DNA of 64,000 nucleotides, from positions 26,498-90,497 of the forward strand of contig JAJDCH010000009.1 of assembly GCA_029260905.1 (NCBI GenBank), written 5' to 3'. Source of the DNA: Candidatus Levyibacteriota bacterium (GTDB lineage Bacteria; Patescibacteriota; Microgenomatia; Levybacterales; UBA12049). This document shows positions 63,211 to 64,000 of the stretch, piece after piece (the stretch's first letter is position 1; each line of letters starts with the position of its first letter). The translations under genes were made by a program, and so were the position numbers. A model generated the notes under the pieces. The model ran no database searches. It saw nothing but the letters and a program-made list of their open reading frames with translations, and was not told the DNA's origin.

Positions 63211-64000
63211 ATGCTATCAAATTTAGGCATTAACTTGCTCGATATCATTATTATTGCCGTAATTATGTTTTATGCCCACGAAGGATATATGTTGGGTTTT
63301 TTGGTTGCACTTATGGATTTGGCTAGTTTTATTGCGTCATTTGTTATTGCGTTGAAGTTTTATCCTTTTGTTGCAGACCTCCTGCTTATTGTTTTTCAAA
63401 TACCAATCGGAATTGCAAATGCAGTAGGTTTTTTTCTGCTTGCTTTTATAAGCGAAGTTTTATTTAGTCTTTTTTTAAAAAGGGTAGTTTCATCTTTTCC
63501 CAGAGCTCCAATTGATAATAGGCCTTACAAATTTTTTAAGAAAATTGATCATCTTCTTGGTGTTTTCCCAGGGATGATATCTGCCTTTATTGTTTTAGCA
63601 TTCATACTTAGCGTTATTGTTTCTCTTCCCTCAACTCCTCTTATTAAAAATTTGGCAACAGGATCAAAAATTGGATCAAGACTGATCGCAAATACGTCGT
63701 TCATAGAAAGTAAGTTAAATGCTGTTTTTGGTGGAGCGCTTAACGATACTCTTAACTTTCTGACAGTAAAACCAGAAAGTGATGAAACGGTTGAGCTTCG
63801 ATTTCGCGTGTCAGACGGAAAAATTTCAAAACAAGCAGAAAATGAAATGTTTACTCTTGTAAATAAAGAAAGGGTTGAGGCTGGCCTTCCTCCAGTTGTT
63901 TTTGATGAATCTCTTGCAGGTGTTGGGCGCTTACACTCACAGGATATGTTTGAGAGAGGGTATTTCTCGCATTACACCCCTGAGGGACTTGATCCTTTTG
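63211..64000 (+). CDS. partial CDS (3' end beyond window): CvpA-like membrane domain fused to a CAP/SCP (YkwD-like) domain
   Basis: N-terminal hydrophobic helices (LGINLLDIIIIAVIMFYAHEGYMLGF...), then ERVEAGLPPVVFDESLAGVGRLHSQDMFERGYFSHYTPEGLDP matching the CAP-domain pattern. ATG at 63211; no stop in the window. Confidence 0.45.
   Translation, partial: MLSNLGINLLDIIIIAVIMFYAHEGYMLGFLVALMDLASFIASFVIALKFYPFVADLLLIVFQIPIGIANAVGFFLLAFISEVLFSLFLKRVVSSFPRAPIDNRPYKFFKKIDHLLGVFPGMISAFIVLAFILSVIVSLPSTPLIKNLATGSKIGSRLIANTSFIESKLNAVFGGALNDTLNFLTVKPESDETVELRFRVSDGKISKQAENEMFTLVNKERVEAGLPPVVFDESLAGVGRLHSQDMFERGYFSHYTPEGLDPF

Overview
This window looks like chromosome from a small, AT-rich, reduced-genome bacterium. 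The gene content points to Patescibacteria/CPR, but I cannot confirm that without a database search. Evidence for this: a class II B12-dependent ribonucleotide reductase (nrdJ) with its repressor nrdR and a PduO-type adenosyltransferase, a minimal glycolysis and pentose-phosphate set (gap, pgk, two rpiB paralogues, rpe), no biosynthetic clusters, a DUF4012 protein, SpoIID and LytR_C envelope proteins, and many apparently leaderless genes. The window contains the chromosomal origin of replication. dnaN and dnaA are on the minus strand with consensus DnaA boxes (TTATCCACA / TGTGGATAA) on both sides of dnaA. They are followed on the plus strand by rpmH, rnpA, yidD, yidC and jag. Core genes include murD, murI, gmk, dnaA, dnaN, smpB followed by tmRNA (ssrA), and a class A penicillin-binding protein. 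I fold nine tRNAs by hand: two divergent CAU tRNAs (one with an initiator-like C1·A72 acceptor end), a putative tRNA-Ile(UAU), all four tRNA-Ser isoacceptors, and a tRNA-Arg(GCG). The most interesting content is a dispersed type IV secretion-like system of the Gram-positive (monoderm) type. A VirD4/TraG-like coupling ATPase sits at 8.0–10.4 kb. A VirB6/TrbL-like polytopic membrane protein at 26.3–28.3 kb carries a TTTTTGC heptanucleotide repeat in its signal-peptide codons. A contiguous block at 33.6–41.7 kb, abutting oriC, has three tandem VirB2/TrbC-like small proteins sharing an invariant LIWGGIxWxTSGGD motif, a PrgI/VirB3-like fusion protein, an apparently split VirB4 ATPase, a DUF11 plus Rpf-type transglycosylase (VirB1 analogue), a possible VirB8-like protein and an M15 peptidase. 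No relaxase, VirB7/9/10 or VirB11 is present. Just upstream sit an unusual NTPase plus OmpR-type winged-helix regulator whose promoter carries a 14-bp direct repeat, a giant 1058-aa tail-anchored protein, and a basic 177-aa protein. Other notable items are a MATCAP/DUF1704-like HExxH metallopeptidase next to a tyrosine recombinase, and heptamer and octamer tandem repeats in an O-antigen-ligase-like gene that suggest phase variation. No CRISPR array, rRNA or transposase was seen. All calls rest on manual motif recognition and are unverified by any search.
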